Part shown: positions 39,338-51,167 of the stretch, piece after piece | How positions within the stretch are numbered: the stretch's first letter is position 1 | Layout: every line of letters begins with the position of its first letter | NCBI GenBank assembly: GCA_965197475.1 | Contig: CBDANF010000003.1 | Location: 1,632,001-1,696,000, forward strand | Length of the DNA: 64,000 nucleotides | DNA from: Candidatus Poribacteria bacterium | Lineage (GTDB): Bacteria > Poribacteria > WGA-4E > WGA-3G | Direction: 5' to 3' | Notes under the pieces: model-generated | Database searches by the model: none | What the model was told of the DNA's origin: nothing | What the model saw: only the letters and a program-made list of their open reading frames with translations | Translations under genes and position numbers: made by a program

Positions 39338-42205
39338 TTAGTATTGTGTTAGTGGTGGGCAGGAACATAAAAGATTTCTGTCTCCGTGGACTTCGTTAAT
39401 GCGTGCGACTGCAGGCCAAAACTTTGTTTGACGTACCCACGGTTTTGGAAATACTGCATTTTCACGTGAATAGGTGTGGTTCCAGTCAGTCTGTGTAACA
39501 GTTTCAACAGTATGCGGAGCATTCTTTAGTACATTGTCGTCCTTGTCGGTGTTCCCATTTTCAATTTCAGCTATCTCTTCGCGTATGGAGATGAGCGCGG
39601 AACAGAAACGATCTAATTCTGCTCTGGATTCGCTTTCGGTGGGTTCAATCATCATCGTTCCGGGAACAGGCCATGACACTGTTGGCGCGTGAAAGCCGTA
39701 ATCCATAAGACGTTTGGCAACATCCGTTACATCTATTCCGGCAGTCTTCTTAAAGTTGCGTAAATCAATAATGCATTCATGCGCGACCAACCCGTTTTTA
39801 CCTGTATAAAGCACAGGATAGTGGGGTTCCAGTTGTTTCGCGATATAATTGGCGTTAAGGATGGCGACTTCTGTTGCAGATTTTAGCCCTTCTGCCCCCA
39901 TCATAGCAATGTATGCCCAAGAAATTGGAAGAATCCCCGGACTTCCCCACGGTGCTGCGGATACAGGTCCAATTCCATCCTTCCCTCCGACTGTGACAAT
40001 CGGGTGTGTGGGTAAAAAATCGGTGAGGTGTGCCTTCACACCAATCGGTCCCATTCCTGGACCGCCACCACCGTGAGGTATACAGAATGTTTTATGTAAA
40101 TTGAGATGACAGACATCCGCGCCGAGGTCGGCTGGACGACTTAGTCCGACAAGTGCGTTGAGATTAGCACCGTCCATATATACCTGCCCGCCGTGTTGAT
40201 GAATAATATCACATATTTCACAGATATGTTCTTCAAACACACCGTGTGTTGAAGGATAGGTCACCATCGCAGCAGCAAGTGTTTCGCGATATGTCTCCGC
40301 TTTTTCCTTTAGATCAATGAGGTCAATGTTGCCTTCTGAGTCGCATGCAACGACAACGACTTGCATGCCTGCCATAACTGCGCTGGCAGGGTTCGTTCCG
40401 TGGGCAGATGTCGGAATTAAACAGACATTCCGATGTTCTTCGTTTCGGCTTTGGTGGTATTTTCGTATGACTAACAACCCAGCATATTCACCCTGTGAAC
40501 CGGCGTTCGGTTGCAGTGAAATTGCGCTATAGCCAGTTATCTCGGCAAGCCATGCTTCAAGTTGTTTGAAGAGGGTATGATAACCTTGTGCTTGGTCACT
40601 TGGAACAAAGGGATGTAACCCACCGAACGCTTGCCATGTGACAGGCACCATCTCTGCCGTAGCATTGAGTTTCATTGTGCAAGACCCCAACGGTATCATT
40701 GCGTTCACAAGAGAAAGGTCTTTAGCTTGCAGCCTGTGGATATACCTAAGCATCTCCGTTTCAGAATGATAACTATTGAAAACAGGATGTGTAAGGCATG
40801 GAGATTTTCGTAGCAAATCTGCTGGGATTTCTACATTTTGGGCATCGTGTCCGCCGGTCTTATTGACTGCAAAAAGTTGTATCAAATCTTCAACATCGGC
40901 ATGTGTGGTAGTTTCATCTAACGATATGCCAACATGCGTTGAATCAATAGCGCGAAGATTCATCTGTCTCTTAAGGGCAGAAGTAAGCAATTCTTGAGTC
41001 CTTTCTGGACCAACGTCAACAGATAGTGTATCAAAACAGGGAGAATCGCCTGTGTTATAACCGAGATTTTCCAGTTTAGCACGGAGGCTGTGGGTAAGCG
41101 AATGGACGCGTTCAGCAATTTGCTTAAGTCCTTTAGGTCCGTGATAGACAGCATACATTCCTGCCATAACAGCAAGGAGTACTTGTGCTGTGCAGATATT
41201 GCTCGTAGCTTTTTCACGGCGGATATGTTGCTCGCGCGTTTGAAGTGCTAATCGGATGGCGGGTTCACCATTTGCATCATGGGAAACGCCGGCAATCCGT
41301 CCGGGAATGTTACGTTTAAGTTCCTCGCGCGTGGAGAGGAAAGCAGCATGAGGACCTCCATAACCGAGCGGAACACCAAACCGTTGAGAGTTGCCGATGG
41401 CAATATCTGCTCCAAATTCACCTGGAGGTTTTAATAGCATCAGTGCTAATAGGTCTGTGGCTGCAACGAACAAACCTCCAGCGGCATACACTTGTTCAGC
41501 AAATTGACGGTAATCGTAGATCGCACCATCTGTCGCTGGATATTGCACGATTGCGCCTAAGATAGGTTTATCAAAATGCGTTTTCCTGTGGTCCCCGATG
41601 TACAATTTAATACCGAGGGGTTCGGCACGTGTTTGTAAAACAGCAATTGTTTGCGGATGACAGGTTTCTGAAACAAAAAAGTTGTACCAGTCCTTCGGCG
41701 TTGAATTTCCTATACACATTGTCATAGCTTCAGCGGCAGCTGTAGCCTCATCAAGCAGGGATGCGTTTGCAATAGGGAGGCCGGTCAAATCTATAACCAT
41801 TGTTTGGAAGTTTAGCAACGCTTCTAAGCGACCTTGTGAAATTTCGGCTTGGTAAGGGGTGTATTGGGTATACCAACCGGGGTTCTCCAAAATGTTTCGT
41901 TGAATAACCGGAGGGACAAAACAGTCATAATAACCCATTCCGATATAGGAACGGTAGACTTGATTTTGAGAGGCAAGTTGTTTTAAGGCATCAAGTGCTT
42001 CATATTCTGAAAGACCTTGTGAGTATGCGGTTTTCCCATCAATATCTAAACTGAACGGTGATGATAAACGAATGTCTGCTGGCACAACGTCTTCAATGAA
42101 ATCTGCCATTGAAGAATAGCCGAGCGTTTCCAGCATCTGTTCAATGTCTTCAGGACGAGGACCGATGTGCCGGTTCGCGAAGTTTATCTTTTCTGTTTCA
42201 AGCAT
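39338..42205 (-). CDS. gcvP: Glycine dehydrogenase (aminomethyl-transferring), P protein
   Basis: [16 protein letters not shown] and [18 protein letters not shown] motifs; ATG 42205 overlaps the gcvH stop. Confidence 0.97.
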   Translation of the reverse strand: MLETEKINFANRHIGPRPEDIEQMLETLGYSSMADFIEDVVPADIRLSSPFSLDIDGKTAYSQGLSEYEALDALKQLASQNQVYRSYIGMGYYDCFVPPVIQRNILENPGWYTQYTPYQAEISQGRLEALLNFQTMVIDLTGLPIANASLLDEATAAAEAMTMCIGNSTPKDWYNFFVSETCHPQTIAVLQTRAEPLGIKLYIGDHRKTHFDKPILGAIVQYPATDGAIYDYRQFAEQVYAAGGLFVAATDLLALMLLKPPGEFGADIAIGNSQRFGVPLGYGGPHAAFLSTREELKRNIPGRIAGVSHDANGEPAIRLALQTREQHIRREKATSNICTAQVLLAVMAGMYAVYHGPKGLKQIAERVHSLTHSLRAKLENLGYNTGDSPCFDTLSVDVGPERTQELLTSALKRQMNLRAIDSTHVGISLDETTTHADVEDLIQLFAVNKTGGHDAQNVEIPADLLRKSPCLTHPVFNSYHSETEMLRYIHRLQAKDLSLVNAMIPLGSCTMKLNATAEMVPVTWQAFGGLHPFVPSDQAQGYHTLFKQLEAWLAEITGYSAISLQPNAGSQGEYAGLLVIRKYHQSRNEEHRNVCLIPTSAHGTNPASAVMAGMQVVVVACDSEGNIDLIDLKEKAETYRETLAAAMVTYPSTHGVFEEHICEICDIIHQHGGQVYMDGANLNALVGLSRPADLGADVCHLNLHKTFCIPHGGGGPGMGPIGVKAHLTDFLPTHPIVTVGGKDGIGPVSAAPWGSPGILPISWAYIAMMGAEGLKSATEVAILNANYIAKQLEPHYPVLYTGKNGLVAHECIIDLRNFKKTAGIDVTDVAKRLMDYGFHAPTVSWPVPGTMMIEPTESESRAELDRFCSALISIREEIAEIENGNTDKDDNVLKNAPHTVETVTQTDWNHTYSRENAVFPKPWVRQTKFWPAVARINEVHGDRNLLCSCPPLTQY

Positions 42206-42584
42206 GCTCCGCCTCAATATGTGATTGATAATTATCGGCATCAAACAGTGCGTCAAGTTCACTCGGATCAGTCATCCTGATTTTGAGAAACCACCCATCA
42301 TCATAAGGGGATTCATTCACTTGTTCGGGAGCGTCAAGGAGGGATTCGTTTACCTCAACAACTTCTCCACTAACGGGGGCGTAGAGGTCAAATGCTGCTT
42401 TGACAGATTCTATCACCCCGAATTCTGTTTTATGTGTTAATTGGGTGCCTACTTCCGGCAATTCGACGTAGACAATATCTTGAATTTCGGATTGCGCATA
42501 GTCTGTGATGCCAATAGTGGCGATGTCGTCTTCTTGCCTAACCCATTCATGGCTTTCCATGAATCTTAAGTTTTGTGGAATCAT
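42198..42584 (-). CDS. gcvH: Glycine cleavage system H protein
   Basis: [13 protein letters not shown] and lipoyl-lysine motif IESVKAAFD. Confidence 0.97.
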   Translation of the reverse strand: MIPQNLRFMESHEWVRQEDDIATIGITDYAQSEIQDIVYVELPEVGTQLTHKTEFGVIESVKAAFDLYAPVSGEVVEVNESLLDAPEQVNESPYDDGWFLKIRMTDPSELDALFDADNYQSHIEAEHA

Positions 42585-44450
42585 TTAATCTTCCTTCACG
42601 TGTTTTTTTGTTCTCACATTTGAGTCTATCTCTTTTGCCTTCTCAAAGTCAACTTTCGCTGCGTCATGTTGCCCAAGTGCTTCCTTTGCCAGTCCACGAT
42701 TGTGATAGGCATCAGCATATTTCGGGTTAAGTTCAATGGCTTTATCGTAGTCAGCAATCGCACCAGCATAGTCCTTGAGAGCAACCTTTGCCAGTCCACG
42801 AACATTGTAGGCGTTGGCGTATTCAGGTTTGAGTTTAATTGCTTCCGTAAAATCTTCTATCGCACCAGCATAGTCACCAAGTAGCTCCCTTACAGATGCT
42901 CGACTGTTGAAAGCACGGATATCATCAGGTTTTATTTTTATCGACGCCGTAAAATCTTCTATCGCACCTGTGTGGTCACCAATTCGTCGTTTTGCCCCAC
43001 CGCGAAAATTGTATGCAATAAAATCGTCAGGTTTGACTTTGATTGCTTGTGTATAATCTGCTATTGCTCCAATATCGTTGTCAAGTGCCTCCTTTGCATG
43101 ACCGCGATGTCTGTATCCGTAGGCATGATTAGGTTTTAGTTTGATTGCCTGCGTAAAATCTTCTATCGCACCGGCATGGTTGCCAATATAGTTCTTTACC
43201 CAACCGCGAGCATCGTATGCATAAGTATCGTACGGTTTTAGTTTGATCGCCTGCGTAAAATCTTCTATCGCACCGGCATGGTCGCCAATATGGTTTTTTG
43301 CCCCACCGCGAAAATTGTATCCAAAAACATCGTCAGGTTTGACTTTGATCGCCGCTGTATAGGCCTCTATTGCACCGGCATGGTCGCCAATGGATTGTTT
43401 CATGTGCCCGAGTTCGATATATGTATTGGCATCATCAGGTTTGAGTTGGACAGCATCAGATTTGAGTTTTAGGGCATGTGAATAGTCATCTATCTTCCCT
43501 GCATAGTCGCTAAGTTGCCCTTTTGCCTCCCCGCGTTTCTTATAGGATTCTGTATCGTCCGGATTCAGTTTTATAGCCTGATTATAATCTTCAATTGCAC
43601 CTATATGGTCGCCAAAGCCGGTTTTCACCTTCGCCCTAAACTTGTAGGATTCTGCATCATCAGGGTTAAGTTTAATCGCTTGATCGAAATCTTTTATCGC
43701 CTCTTTAGCATTCCCATCATTATATTTTTTCCAACCTTGCTTGTAATAGACATAAGCACGGACAATTTTTCGCTCCTGCCACTGTTCCATAGGTTCCGTA
43801 GATGTAGAACCAGCGAGTAATGCCTTAAGTGCGCTTGAAGGCATAGCGTCGTAACTATGTCCAACGTGGATTCCAATGACTTCACCTTTACTGTTTAGTA
43901 CAGGACTACCACTGTTCCCCGGATGAACTTCAAGTGCCATTTTAATCAATTTATCGCTACTTCGTACATCTTTTACGATTCCTTCCGTAACTTTGTATTC
44001 TTCTGCATCAGGGTAGCCCGCGAGAAAGACAGTCTCACCGATTTGAAGTGTATCAATGTCACTGAAAGGCATCGGTATGCCTTCACTTTTTACTTTCAGG
44101 ATGGCAATGTCACTCTTGACATCAAATGCCATAACACCTTCTATCACCCAAATTGCTTCTTTGTGACCTAATTTGGCGAAAATAGGTACAGTTATAGGGC
44201 CTGCGGCAACGTGAAAACTTGTTGCGATCTTATCTGGTGCTACAAAGAATCCCGTACCGCCATCTAATAGAAAATCCGATTTTTTGCGCGCTAACCCAAC
44301 TATGCGCACTGTAGATTCTTTTGCCTTTTCGGATATTAAGTCAGTTTCTATTGCCTTTTCAATGTTTTCGGCAGTTTCCTGCGCATAAGAAAGTGAGAGA
44401 AATAACCCCAGAATTAAGAAGCAAAACAAAAGTTTTGTGTAGTGTCTCAT
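42585..44450 (-). CDS. Secreted trypsin-like serine protease with C-terminal TPR array
   Basis: Signal peptide; GTGFFV, SFHV, SDIA and PGNSGSPV catalytic motifs; about 10 34-aa TPR repeats (GDHAGAIEDFTQAIKLKP). Confidence 0.9.
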   Translation of the reverse strand: MRHYTKLLFCFLILGLFLSLSYAQETAENIEKAIETDLISEKAKESTVRIVGLARKKSDFLLDGGTGFFVAPDKIATSFHVAAGPITVPIFAKLGHKEAIWVIEGVMAFDVKSDIAILKVKSEGIPMPFSDIDTLQIGETVFLAGYPDAEEYKVTEGIVKDVRSSDKLIKMALEVHPGNSGSPVLNSKGEVIGIHVGHSYDAMPSSALKALLAGSTSTEPMEQWQERKIVRAYVYYKQGWKKYNDGNAKEAIKDFDQAIKLNPDDAESYKFRAKVKTGFGDHIGAIEDYNQAIKLNPDDTESYKKRGEAKGQLSDYAGKIDDYSHALKLKSDAVQLKPDDANTYIELGHMKQSIGDHAGAIEAYTAAIKVKPDDVFGYNFRGGAKNHIGDHAGAIEDFTQAIKLKPYDTYAYDARGWVKNYIGNHAGAIEDFTQAIKLKPNHAYGYRHRGHAKEALDNDIGAIADYTQAIKVKPDDFIAYNFRGGAKRRIGDHTGAIEDFTASIKIKPDDIRAFNSRASVRELLGDYAGAIEDFTEAIKLKPEYANAYNVRGLAKVALKDYAGAIADYDKAIELNPKYADAYHNRGLAKEALGQHDAAKVDFEKAKEIDSNVRTKKHVKED

Positions 44451-44511
44451 TTTTATTACCTCAACGGGTTACGGCACACGGAGTGTGCCTACTACTTTTA
44501 AGCGTTCATTT

Positions 44512-45618
44512 CTAAATAAAAGGCACCTTCACGATTTTCGCGGGGTGCAGTTTACCTCGGATGTCAATTTCTATGCTTTTCCCAGTATTTTTAGAGATGG
44601 AAGCGAAACCGATATTGCATTTCAGACTCGGCGACGGTGCACCGCTCGTCACTTTACCGATAGAATTACCGTTTTGATACACAGCATACCCGCAACGCGC
44701 AACAGCACGGTCAAGCATTTGAAAACCAACTAATTTTTTGTTTAGGTTTCCCTTTTCTTTCTGTGCAAGGAGAACGTCCTTACCGATAAAATCTCCTTTA
44801 TCCAACTTGACAAACCGACCGAGACCCGCTTCAAAAGGTGTCGTGTTTTCGTCCATATCCATGCCATATAGACGAAGTCCAGCTTCAAGTCTTAAGGTAT
44901 CTCGTGCGCCAAGTCCTACCGGTTGTCCTTCTGCTTCCATCACAGCAGGATAGATCACATTCCATAAATTTTCTGCATTGCTTGACTCAACGTATAACTC
45001 AAAACCGATTTCACCCGTATACCCGGTTCGCGAAATTGCGGTAGGTATTCCTGCAATCTCGCCTACAGCAAACCGAAAAAATGAAATTTCGGAGACATCC
45101 CGCTCAGGAACAAAAGGATTCAGAATGTCTACTGCTTTTGGTCCCTGTAGTGCAATGAGAGTTGTGTCTTCGCTATCGTCAGCCACCTCTGCTCCCATAT
45201 CATTATGGTTTTCCACCCATGCGAGGTCTTTTTGAATGTTGGAGGCGTTGACTACCAACGTATAATTGTTATCAGCGTGCTTATAAATCAGAATGTCATC
45301 AACTATTCCGCCGGTTTCATCGCATAGTAGTGTATATTGCACCTGTCCATCGGTTAAGCGGCTCACGTCGTTTGTGCTGAGTTTTTGCACCAAGTCGTTT
45401 GCCCCCTTGCCGCAAACGTCAATTTCTCCCATGTGCGATAGGTCAAACAAGCCAGCAGTAGTTCGGACAGCAAGATGTTCCTTTACAATACTGTTATATT
45501 GTAAAGGCATCTCCCATCCACCGAATTCGGTGAATTTGGCGTTGAGGGATTTGTGGACTTGATAAAGCGGTGTTCTTTTCATTTGTAGTGTCTTTAAAGG
45601 AAGCGCGCTTACTGCCAT
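44512..45618 (-). CDS. gcvT: Glycine cleavage system aminomethyltransferase T
   Basis: FGGWEMPLQY, FDLSHMGE, SRTGYTGE and GLGARDTLRLEAG motifs. Confidence 0.97.
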   Translation of the reverse strand: MAVSALPLKTLQMKRTPLYQVHKSLNAKFTEFGGWEMPLQYNSIVKEHLAVRTTAGLFDLSHMGEIDVCGKGANDLVQKLSTNDVSRLTDGQVQYTLLCDETGGIVDDILIYKHADNNYTLVVNASNIQKDLAWVENHNDMGAEVADDSEDTTLIALQGPKAVDILNPFVPERDVSEISFFRFAVGEIAGIPTAISRTGYTGEIGFELYVESSNAENLWNVIYPAVMEAEGQPVGLGARDTLRLEAGLRLYGMDMDENTTPFEAGLGRFVKLDKGDFIGKDVLLAQKEKGNLNKKLVGFQMLDRAVARCGYAVYQNGNSIGKVTSGAPSPSLKCNIGFASISKNTGKSIEIDIRGKLHPAKIVKVPFI

Positions 45619-45640
45619 AGCGTAAGTCTTGTTTATGTTA

Positions 45641-46396
45641 TCATTCTAATTCATAGATACGGGCAAGATTATCGCCAAAAATCAACGCTTCTGCGTCATC
45701 ACCGAGTTCCAACCGTTTTAAGGCGTTGATAACCTGAATCGGTCTGTATTCGGGCAAGTTAGAACCGAAAACTATCCGATCCGGTCCAAGGGTATCAACA
45801 GCAGTCTTCACCTCAGTCGGTACAACCGTGTTTGGATCAGTTCCCCAACGACGATGGAATCGCAGGATTGTCGTTCCGAGTGAGATGTTTTTGTTCGCTT
45901 TTGCTACAGAGATAGCGGCATCTAAATCATCTGGAAATCCCATGTGATCCATAATAATTGGCGTTTCAGGAACCCAACTTGCGACGGTGCCGATCCGATT
46001 CGGATGACAATTGTTAGGTCCAGAATGTATTGAAATAATAAGTTCGCTGTCGCAAGCGGCTTCTACAACAGGACGCACGATTGGGTCATCTACGTTGTAA
46101 TTGTGAACCGCGGGCATCAGTTTAATACCACGCATTCCCCACTGCTCTGCTGCAAGTTTAACTTGTGATACTGGTTCCGGTTCTGTCGGATGCACAAGAG
46201 CACATCCGAGGGCACGCGGGTTACCGCGAATCGCGTCGGCAAGTTCATCGTTCCGAGGAACACGTTGGGTATTCGGCATGATGACTGCCACATCCATAGC
46301 AGCTTCATCTTCTATTGCAAGTAGCGCGTTTAAATCTAACTTCCCAGATTTATCGCGAAATTCATCACTGAGATATGCTTCAAAATCACCACGCAT
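45641..46396 (-). CDS. Amidohydrolase family protein (Amidohydro_2)
   Basis: GMRGIKL.P, IHSG, IIMDHMG and DRIVFGSN.P...IFGDNLARI motifs. Confidence 0.8.
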   Translation of the reverse strand: MRGDFEAYLSDEFRDKSGKLDLNALLAIEDEAAMDVAVIMPNTQRVPRNDELADAIRGNPRALGCALVHPTEPEPVSQVKLAAEQWGMRGIKLMPAVHNYNVDDPIVRPVVEAACDSELIISIHSGPNNCHPNRIGTVASWVPETPIIMDHMGFPDDLDAAISVAKANKNISLGTTILRFHRRWGTDPNTVVPTEVKTAVDTLGPDRIVFGSNLPEYRPIQVINALKRLELGDDAEALIFGDNLARIYELE

Positions 46397-46486
46397 AAGA
46401 AGGTTCCTTTATTTAACTATTTAACGGGCTGAATTCCTTTTTTCTCCATGATTGTTGCAAGGGTGCAGCTTGGGAATTGAAACTTT

Positions 46487-47629
46487 CTACGGTTCAGCAA
46501 ATTGCTCGTCAATGAGAATTGCCCCATTTTGCGAATCAGTTTCAAAAGACACATTTTTTGACATTAAGACGTTACGATACTGTGTGTATGCGGATTGCGC
46601 CTCAGCAACAGTAGGAAAACGGATGAGGAAAACAATATAGGGATTTACCGATTTTTTTGAATGTGTATTACTATATTGTGCTAATATGCCGATCGTTCCA
46701 TCCATCAATTGTGGGATAATGTCGGGGGCAGACTTATAAACCTGGCGCAGAACCCAATTTGAAGTAAACAACTTTTCGCTCCCACGAATGTATTGGGGTA
46801 GCAGTTCAAGAAGCGGTATTTTTTGCGGCGGATCTTGGATATTCTTTGCGGTGACTTGGGCAAGGGCGAGCATCCCCTTTTGAATACCGGTTGCTATCGC
46901 ATATCCCTCTATTTGAATGAAGTATTTTCCTTTCCAAAACCAGAGGTATTTTCCTGAAATAATCGCTTTACAACCAACCCACTCAAATTTTGGTTGTGGG
47001 TAGCTGTTAGTGCTAAAAATCCCGAATGCGTTCTCAGGAGTTCCCATATCGAAAATCTCAAGCAAGATATAAGGGATAGATCCGAATTTCGGACTTTGAT
47101 ATTCCACCTCCGCTTGCCTTTGAAACCCATAATTGAGGTAAATTTCCGGAGAAACGGCTCGATCTTGATAAAGCGTTTCAATATTATACGTTGACGGTTT
47201 ACGCGCACGTACCCAATCTGTTATTTCGTCATCTTCGGGTAAAAGGGTTTCTGGGGCAGCAGTAGTAGAAAAGGGGAGCGTTTTATAAGCTTCTTCCAAA
47301 CCGACAATAGGTTCAGACTCACTGTCTTTTTGTTCTGTATCTATCCGCTGTTCTGTCTCTTCGTTCTGTGTAATTGTAGGTAACGATTGAACCTCGGAAT
47401 GTGCATGAATTCTTGCCGAAACATCTGCCATTACCTCTTTGGCACTTTTCGTTGTAGGTGCTTTCCACACCCCGAAGATATACGCATTCTCTTGGTTAAC
47501 CGATGTTAAATTACCATGTTCTTCCTGACATGAAAGGAGAATCATTATAAAAATAGAACCGAGCAAAACTGTGCTGTGGAGTTTCATAAGTTTACCACTG
47601 TTCTGCGAGTTGATTGTAAAGGTCCTCAA
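46487..47629 (-). CDS. Hypothetical lipoprotein (DUF6599-like)
   Basis: Lipobox LLSC; LEIFDMGTPENAFGIFS and LWFWKGKYFIQI motifs. Confidence 0.6.
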   Translation of the reverse strand: MRTFTINSQNSGKLMKLHSTVLLGSIFIMILLSCQEEHGNLTSVNQENAYIFGVWKAPTTKSAKEVMADVSARIHAHSEVQSLPTITQNEETEQRIDTEQKDSESEPIVGLEEAYKTLPFSTTAAPETLLPEDDEITDWVRARKPSTYNIETLYQDRAVSPEIYLNYGFQRQAEVEYQSPKFGSIPYILLEIFDMGTPENAFGIFSTNSYPQPKFEWVGCKAIISGKYLWFWKGKYFIQIEGYAIATGIQKGMLALAQVTAKNIQDPPQKIPLLELLPQYIRGSEKLFTSNWVLRQVYKSAPDIIPQLMDGTIGILAQYSNTHSKKSVNPYIVFLIRFPTVAEAQSAYTQYRNVLMSKNVSFETDSQNGAILIDEQFAEP

Positions 47630-48212
47630 TAAGTTCCTCTATTATCAAATTTTTTGCTTGATCAGGTGTTTCTGGTGGTTCACCTCGATTATCTACAACA
47701 TAAAAGTCGTGTATCTGCATGTGGTTATCTGTTTGAGCAATTCGATTATTTCTAACCTTATCAAGAAATTCATATTCGACTTGCAAACTCATCCGCAACA
47801 TTTCAACATTGCCACTAGGTCCGAACCCATGTTCTATCAATTCGTAATTCTGTATCCGTATAGTGAGTTCGGAATCGTTACCATCGCTCCATTTCCGATT
47901 AAACCGTTCGGTTAACTTCTCATGGATCACTTCATCAAAAGGACGTTGTGAAACGTTATCATAAGCTATATCTGCATCCTGAATTTCAATAGGTGGGATA
48001 TCAATCGTTCTGATATGCTCCAGATACGATGAGGTAGAGACATATCCACACCCAGCGATCAAACTAAATGATGCTAATAGACTAAAGCACAACAACGTTA
48101 GCACTGCATAGTTGAGATATTGGTATCTTTCTCCTGTTTTCCGCGTCTTTAGAGGAAGTACTGGATTGAGGTGAAAGAATTGTGTGCTACAGTGTATCCA
48201 TTTGGTACGCAT
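47592..48212 (-). CDS. lptE: LptE-like outer-membrane lipoprotein
   Basis: Lipobox IAGCGY followed by HIRTIDIP; size and C-terminal helix ending in W typical of LptE. Confidence 0.55.
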   Translation of the reverse strand: MRTKWIHCSTQFFHLNPVLPLKTRKTGERYQYLNYAVLTLLCFSLLASFSLIAGCGYVSTSSYLEHIRTIDIPPIEIQDADIAYDNVSQRPFDEVIHEKLTERFNRKWSDGNDSELTIRIQNYELIEHGFGPSGNVEMLRMSLQVEYEFLDKVRNNRIAQTDNHMQIHDFYVVDNRGEPPETPDQAKNLIIEELIEDLYNQLAEQW

Positions 48213-48540
48213 GCGAATTTCCTCTTAGTGAAAAAATAAAGAATTGAAAAGGATTTTCAAGTCTAATTTTCGGACGCTCAGGTTTTTTCTCTTCTTTCCC
48301 AAAACGCAAGACTCGCACAAATTCAACAATCTGTTTTTTTACAGAAGGAATTGATAGAATTACAAAGACAACGATAAGTAAGATAAGGATGAGTGCTAGT
48401 AGATTTGTCATCCATTTCTGGGCGAGCAAATCCCCTTTGGCTTTTTGAATTTGCCGCCTTGCCCTGGGATTACGAGTTCTCATTAAGCTCACCTTTAAGT
48501 AAAGTATAGATAATAAAGAGCGAATATCAAAATCGGTCAA
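48187..48540 (-). CDS. Hypothetical single-pass membrane protein
   Basis: One long hydrophobic helix; co-oriented, overlapping the downstream gene. Confidence 0.5.
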   Translation of the reverse strand: MTDFDIRSLLSILYLKVSLMRTRNPRARRQIQKAKGDLLAQKWMTNLLALILILLIVVFVILSIPSVKKQIVEFVRVLRFGKEEKKPERPKIRLENPFQFFIFSLRGNSHAYQMDTL

Positions 48541-48811
48541 ACATCTCTAACTTCAGTCAATAAAGAGAAATCAGACAGTTTTGAAATTCGCCTCGCCGAA
48601 TGCCATAAGCGCATTCGGCATTGATTTGGAAGAAAGATGTTTTCAGACACCTTTCGTTGATTATTTTAATGTGAGCTCGGTATAAGCCTACTTTCACGAG
48701 TTCGCGGGTATTTTTCCACAGATTCTCCCTGTTTGCGGAGTTTAGGAGGTCCGAAATAGGTAAAAACACCCTTCTATCTACACCGAGCTCACGTTATTTA
48801 GGTTGTCCCTC

Positions 48812-51127
48812 TTAAAACCTGCCTTTTGGGAGACGCGGAGACCTTCGGTTTCTGGAGTCACGCGAGCTATCCTGTTGCTGCTCATACCGGTTGTTGCGTC
48901 TGTCACGATTGTCGCGACTATCTCGGGATTCACGGTAAGGACGATTCTCGCGATAATTTGACCTGCCTTGTTCACGTGGTTCGCGTGGTTCGCGTTGATC
49001 TGGTTCGAAATCTGATTCAGAAGAGGTGTTGAGTTCTTCAAGTGGAACACCTTTAGCCGCAATAAGTGACAGGTCAATTCTACCTTGTTCATCTATAGTC
49101 AAAATCTTTACAGTAACCTCATCTCCAACCTGCATGACATCTTCAGCTCGGCGGACATAACCGTCTCCCATCTGAGAGATGTGTACAAGCCCATCTTTCC
49201 CGGGAAGAATTTCTACAAATGCACCAAAAGAAGCTGTTCGAACAACTTTACCGGTGTATTCCTTTCCGATTTCGGGCATAGCCGTAATTTGGCGGATTTT
49301 CTCCTCAGCAAGTTTGACCTCTTCCGCACTGGTTGAGGCTATTTCAACGGTACCATCATCTTGGATGTTGATAGTGGTATTCGTTTCTTCTTGAATACCT
49401 TGTACGGTTTTGCCTCGGGGCCCAATAAGGTCTTTTATCTTTTCGGTTGCGATCTGGAGTGAATAGATACGGGGCGCGTAAGGTGATAACTCTGCACGCG
49501 GTTCGTTAATAACAGCGTTCATCTGCTCAATGACAGCGATACGCGCTTCTCTTGCCTGATGTATAGCACTGCGCATAAGTTCAGGGGTGACACCGTCTAT
49601 TTTGATGTCCATCTGTACCGCAGTTACGCCTTCCGTAGTTCCAGCGACCTTAAAATCCATATCGCCGAGGAAATCTTCGGTGCCGAGCATATCTGTCAAC
49701 ACGACTTCCCGTTCACCTTCTTTAATAAGTCCAACACCAATACCGGCTACAGACTTTTTCAATGGTACACCTGCATCAAGAAGAGCTAAAGTTGCACTAC
49801 AGACGGTAGCCATTGAAGAAGAAGCGTTCGACTCTAATATCTCGGATACAACGCGGATGGTATAGTTAAACTCCTCCTTATTTGGAATAACCGGTTCAAG
49901 TGCTTTTTGTGCGAGCGAACCGTGTCCAATTTCTCTACGCCCGGGTCCCATCATTCGCTTGACTTCGCCAGTGCTAAACGGTGGGAAGTTATAGTGTAAA
50001 AAGAAAGTACTGCGGACTTCACCGTCCAATCCACGCTTTACATCCTCGTCACCAGAAGTACCGAGAGTCGTGACACAGAGTGCTTGCGTCTGCCCACGTG
50101 TGAAAAGAGCGGAACCGTGTGTTCGTGGCAGAAGTGCAACCTCACCCGAAATCGATCGGATATCTGTGACACCGCGCCCATCAACACGCCTTCCTTCAAC
50201 AAGGATGGCTTGCCGCATTTCTTCTTTTTCTATATCACTTAGAATCGAACGTGCCTCTCTTTCTGCACTCGGTTCAATTTCTTCAGGAGCATCCTCTTGG
50301 ATTTCAGAGAGGATATCTGATTGTATCTGTTCAAGGTAATTTTCACGTAACTGTTTGTCCACCATTCCGATCGATTCTCGGATTCGAGCAGTGGCGAGAT
50401 CTCTGATGCGTGTGTTTAACGTATCCTCTACAGTTTTTGCTTCATACTCACGTTTTTTCTGACTACAGACAGCAACGATGCCTTCTTGAAGTTTGATAAT
50501 TTCTTTTATTTCTTCGTGTGCTGCGATGATAGTGTCAATTACTTCATCATCTGGAATCTCATTTCCCCCACCTTCAACTGACATCACAGCATTAGAGGTG
50601 CCACTTACAAAAAGTTCTATATCAGAAGTGTGTAACTCCTCGTAAGTCGGATTTATGATCAATTTTCCATCTATCTTCCCGATAGTCACAGCAGCAACTG
50701 GACCGCTGAATGGAATATCAGACACAGATAGCGCAGCGGAAGTTCCGATTAAAGCAGGAACGTCTGCTGGGTGAATACCGTCTGAAGACAAGACCGTACA
50801 TAGTACTTGTACTTCAGCCTTAAATTCCTTAGGGAAAAGTGGACGAATACAATGGTCAATAAGGCGCGCAACAAGTTGTTCTGATGTTCCGGGCCGTGGT
50901 TCACGCCTTCCATATACGGTCGGGATACGACCACCTGCATAGGCTCTCTCTCTGTAATCTACTGTCAAAGGGAAAAAATCTAAATCATTTTCGCTATCAT
51001 CTGCGACTACAGTCACTAACACAACTGTTCCACCGTATTGTACCCAAACGGCCCCATCTGCTTGTTTAGCAACCTTCCCCATTTCAATCGATAACTTTTC
51101 GTTACCGAGCTGCATTTCAACTTTCAC
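48812..51127 (-). CDS. pnp: Polyribonucleotide nucleotidyltransferase
   Basis: FFPLTVDYRER, HGSALFTRGQTQ and GDMDFKVAG motifs, KH and S1 domains; follows rpsO. Confidence 0.98.
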   Translation of the reverse strand: MKVEMQLGNEKLSIEMGKVAKQADGAVWVQYGGTVVLVTVVADDSENDLDFFPLTVDYRERAYAGGRIPTVYGRREPRPGTSEQLVARLIDHCIRPLFPKEFKAEVQVLCTVLSSDGIHPADVPALIGTSAALSVSDIPFSGPVAAVTIGKIDGKLIINPTYEELHTSDIELFVSGTSNAVMSVEGGGNEIPDDEVIDTIIAAHEEIKEIIKLQEGIVAVCSQKKREYEAKTVEDTLNTRIRDLATARIRESIGMVDKQLRENYLEQIQSDILSEIQEDAPEEIEPSAEREARSILSDIEKEEMRQAILVEGRRVDGRGVTDIRSISGEVALLPRTHGSALFTRGQTQALCVTTLGTSGDEDVKRGLDGEVRSTFFLHYNFPPFSTGEVKRMMGPGRREIGHGSLAQKALEPVIPNKEEFNYTIRVVSEILESNASSSMATVCSATLALLDAGVPLKKSVAGIGVGLIKEGEREVVLTDMLGTEDFLGDMDFKVAGTTEGVTAVQMDIKIDGVTPELMRSAIHQAREARIAVIEQMNAVINEPRAELSPYAPRIYSLQIATEKIKDLIGPRGKTVQGIQEETNTTINIQDDGTVEIASTSAEEVKLAEEKIRQITAMPEIGKEYTGKVVRTASFGAFVEILPGKDGLVHISQMGDGYVRRAEDVMQVGDEVTVKILTIDEQGRIDLSLIAAKGVPLEELNTSSESDFEPDQREPREPREQGRSNYRENRPYRESRDSRDNRDRRNNRYEQQQDSSRDSRNRRSPRLPKGRF

Positions 51128-51167
51128 TCAATTTCCTCCTCATACACAAATGCTTACGGTGGAATAT

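Noticed and set aside
48557-49092. ORFs 48557..48769 and 48778..49092
   Set aside because: The second is an alternative frame of the low-complexity pnp tail. The first spans an intergenic hairpin and has no recognisable features.
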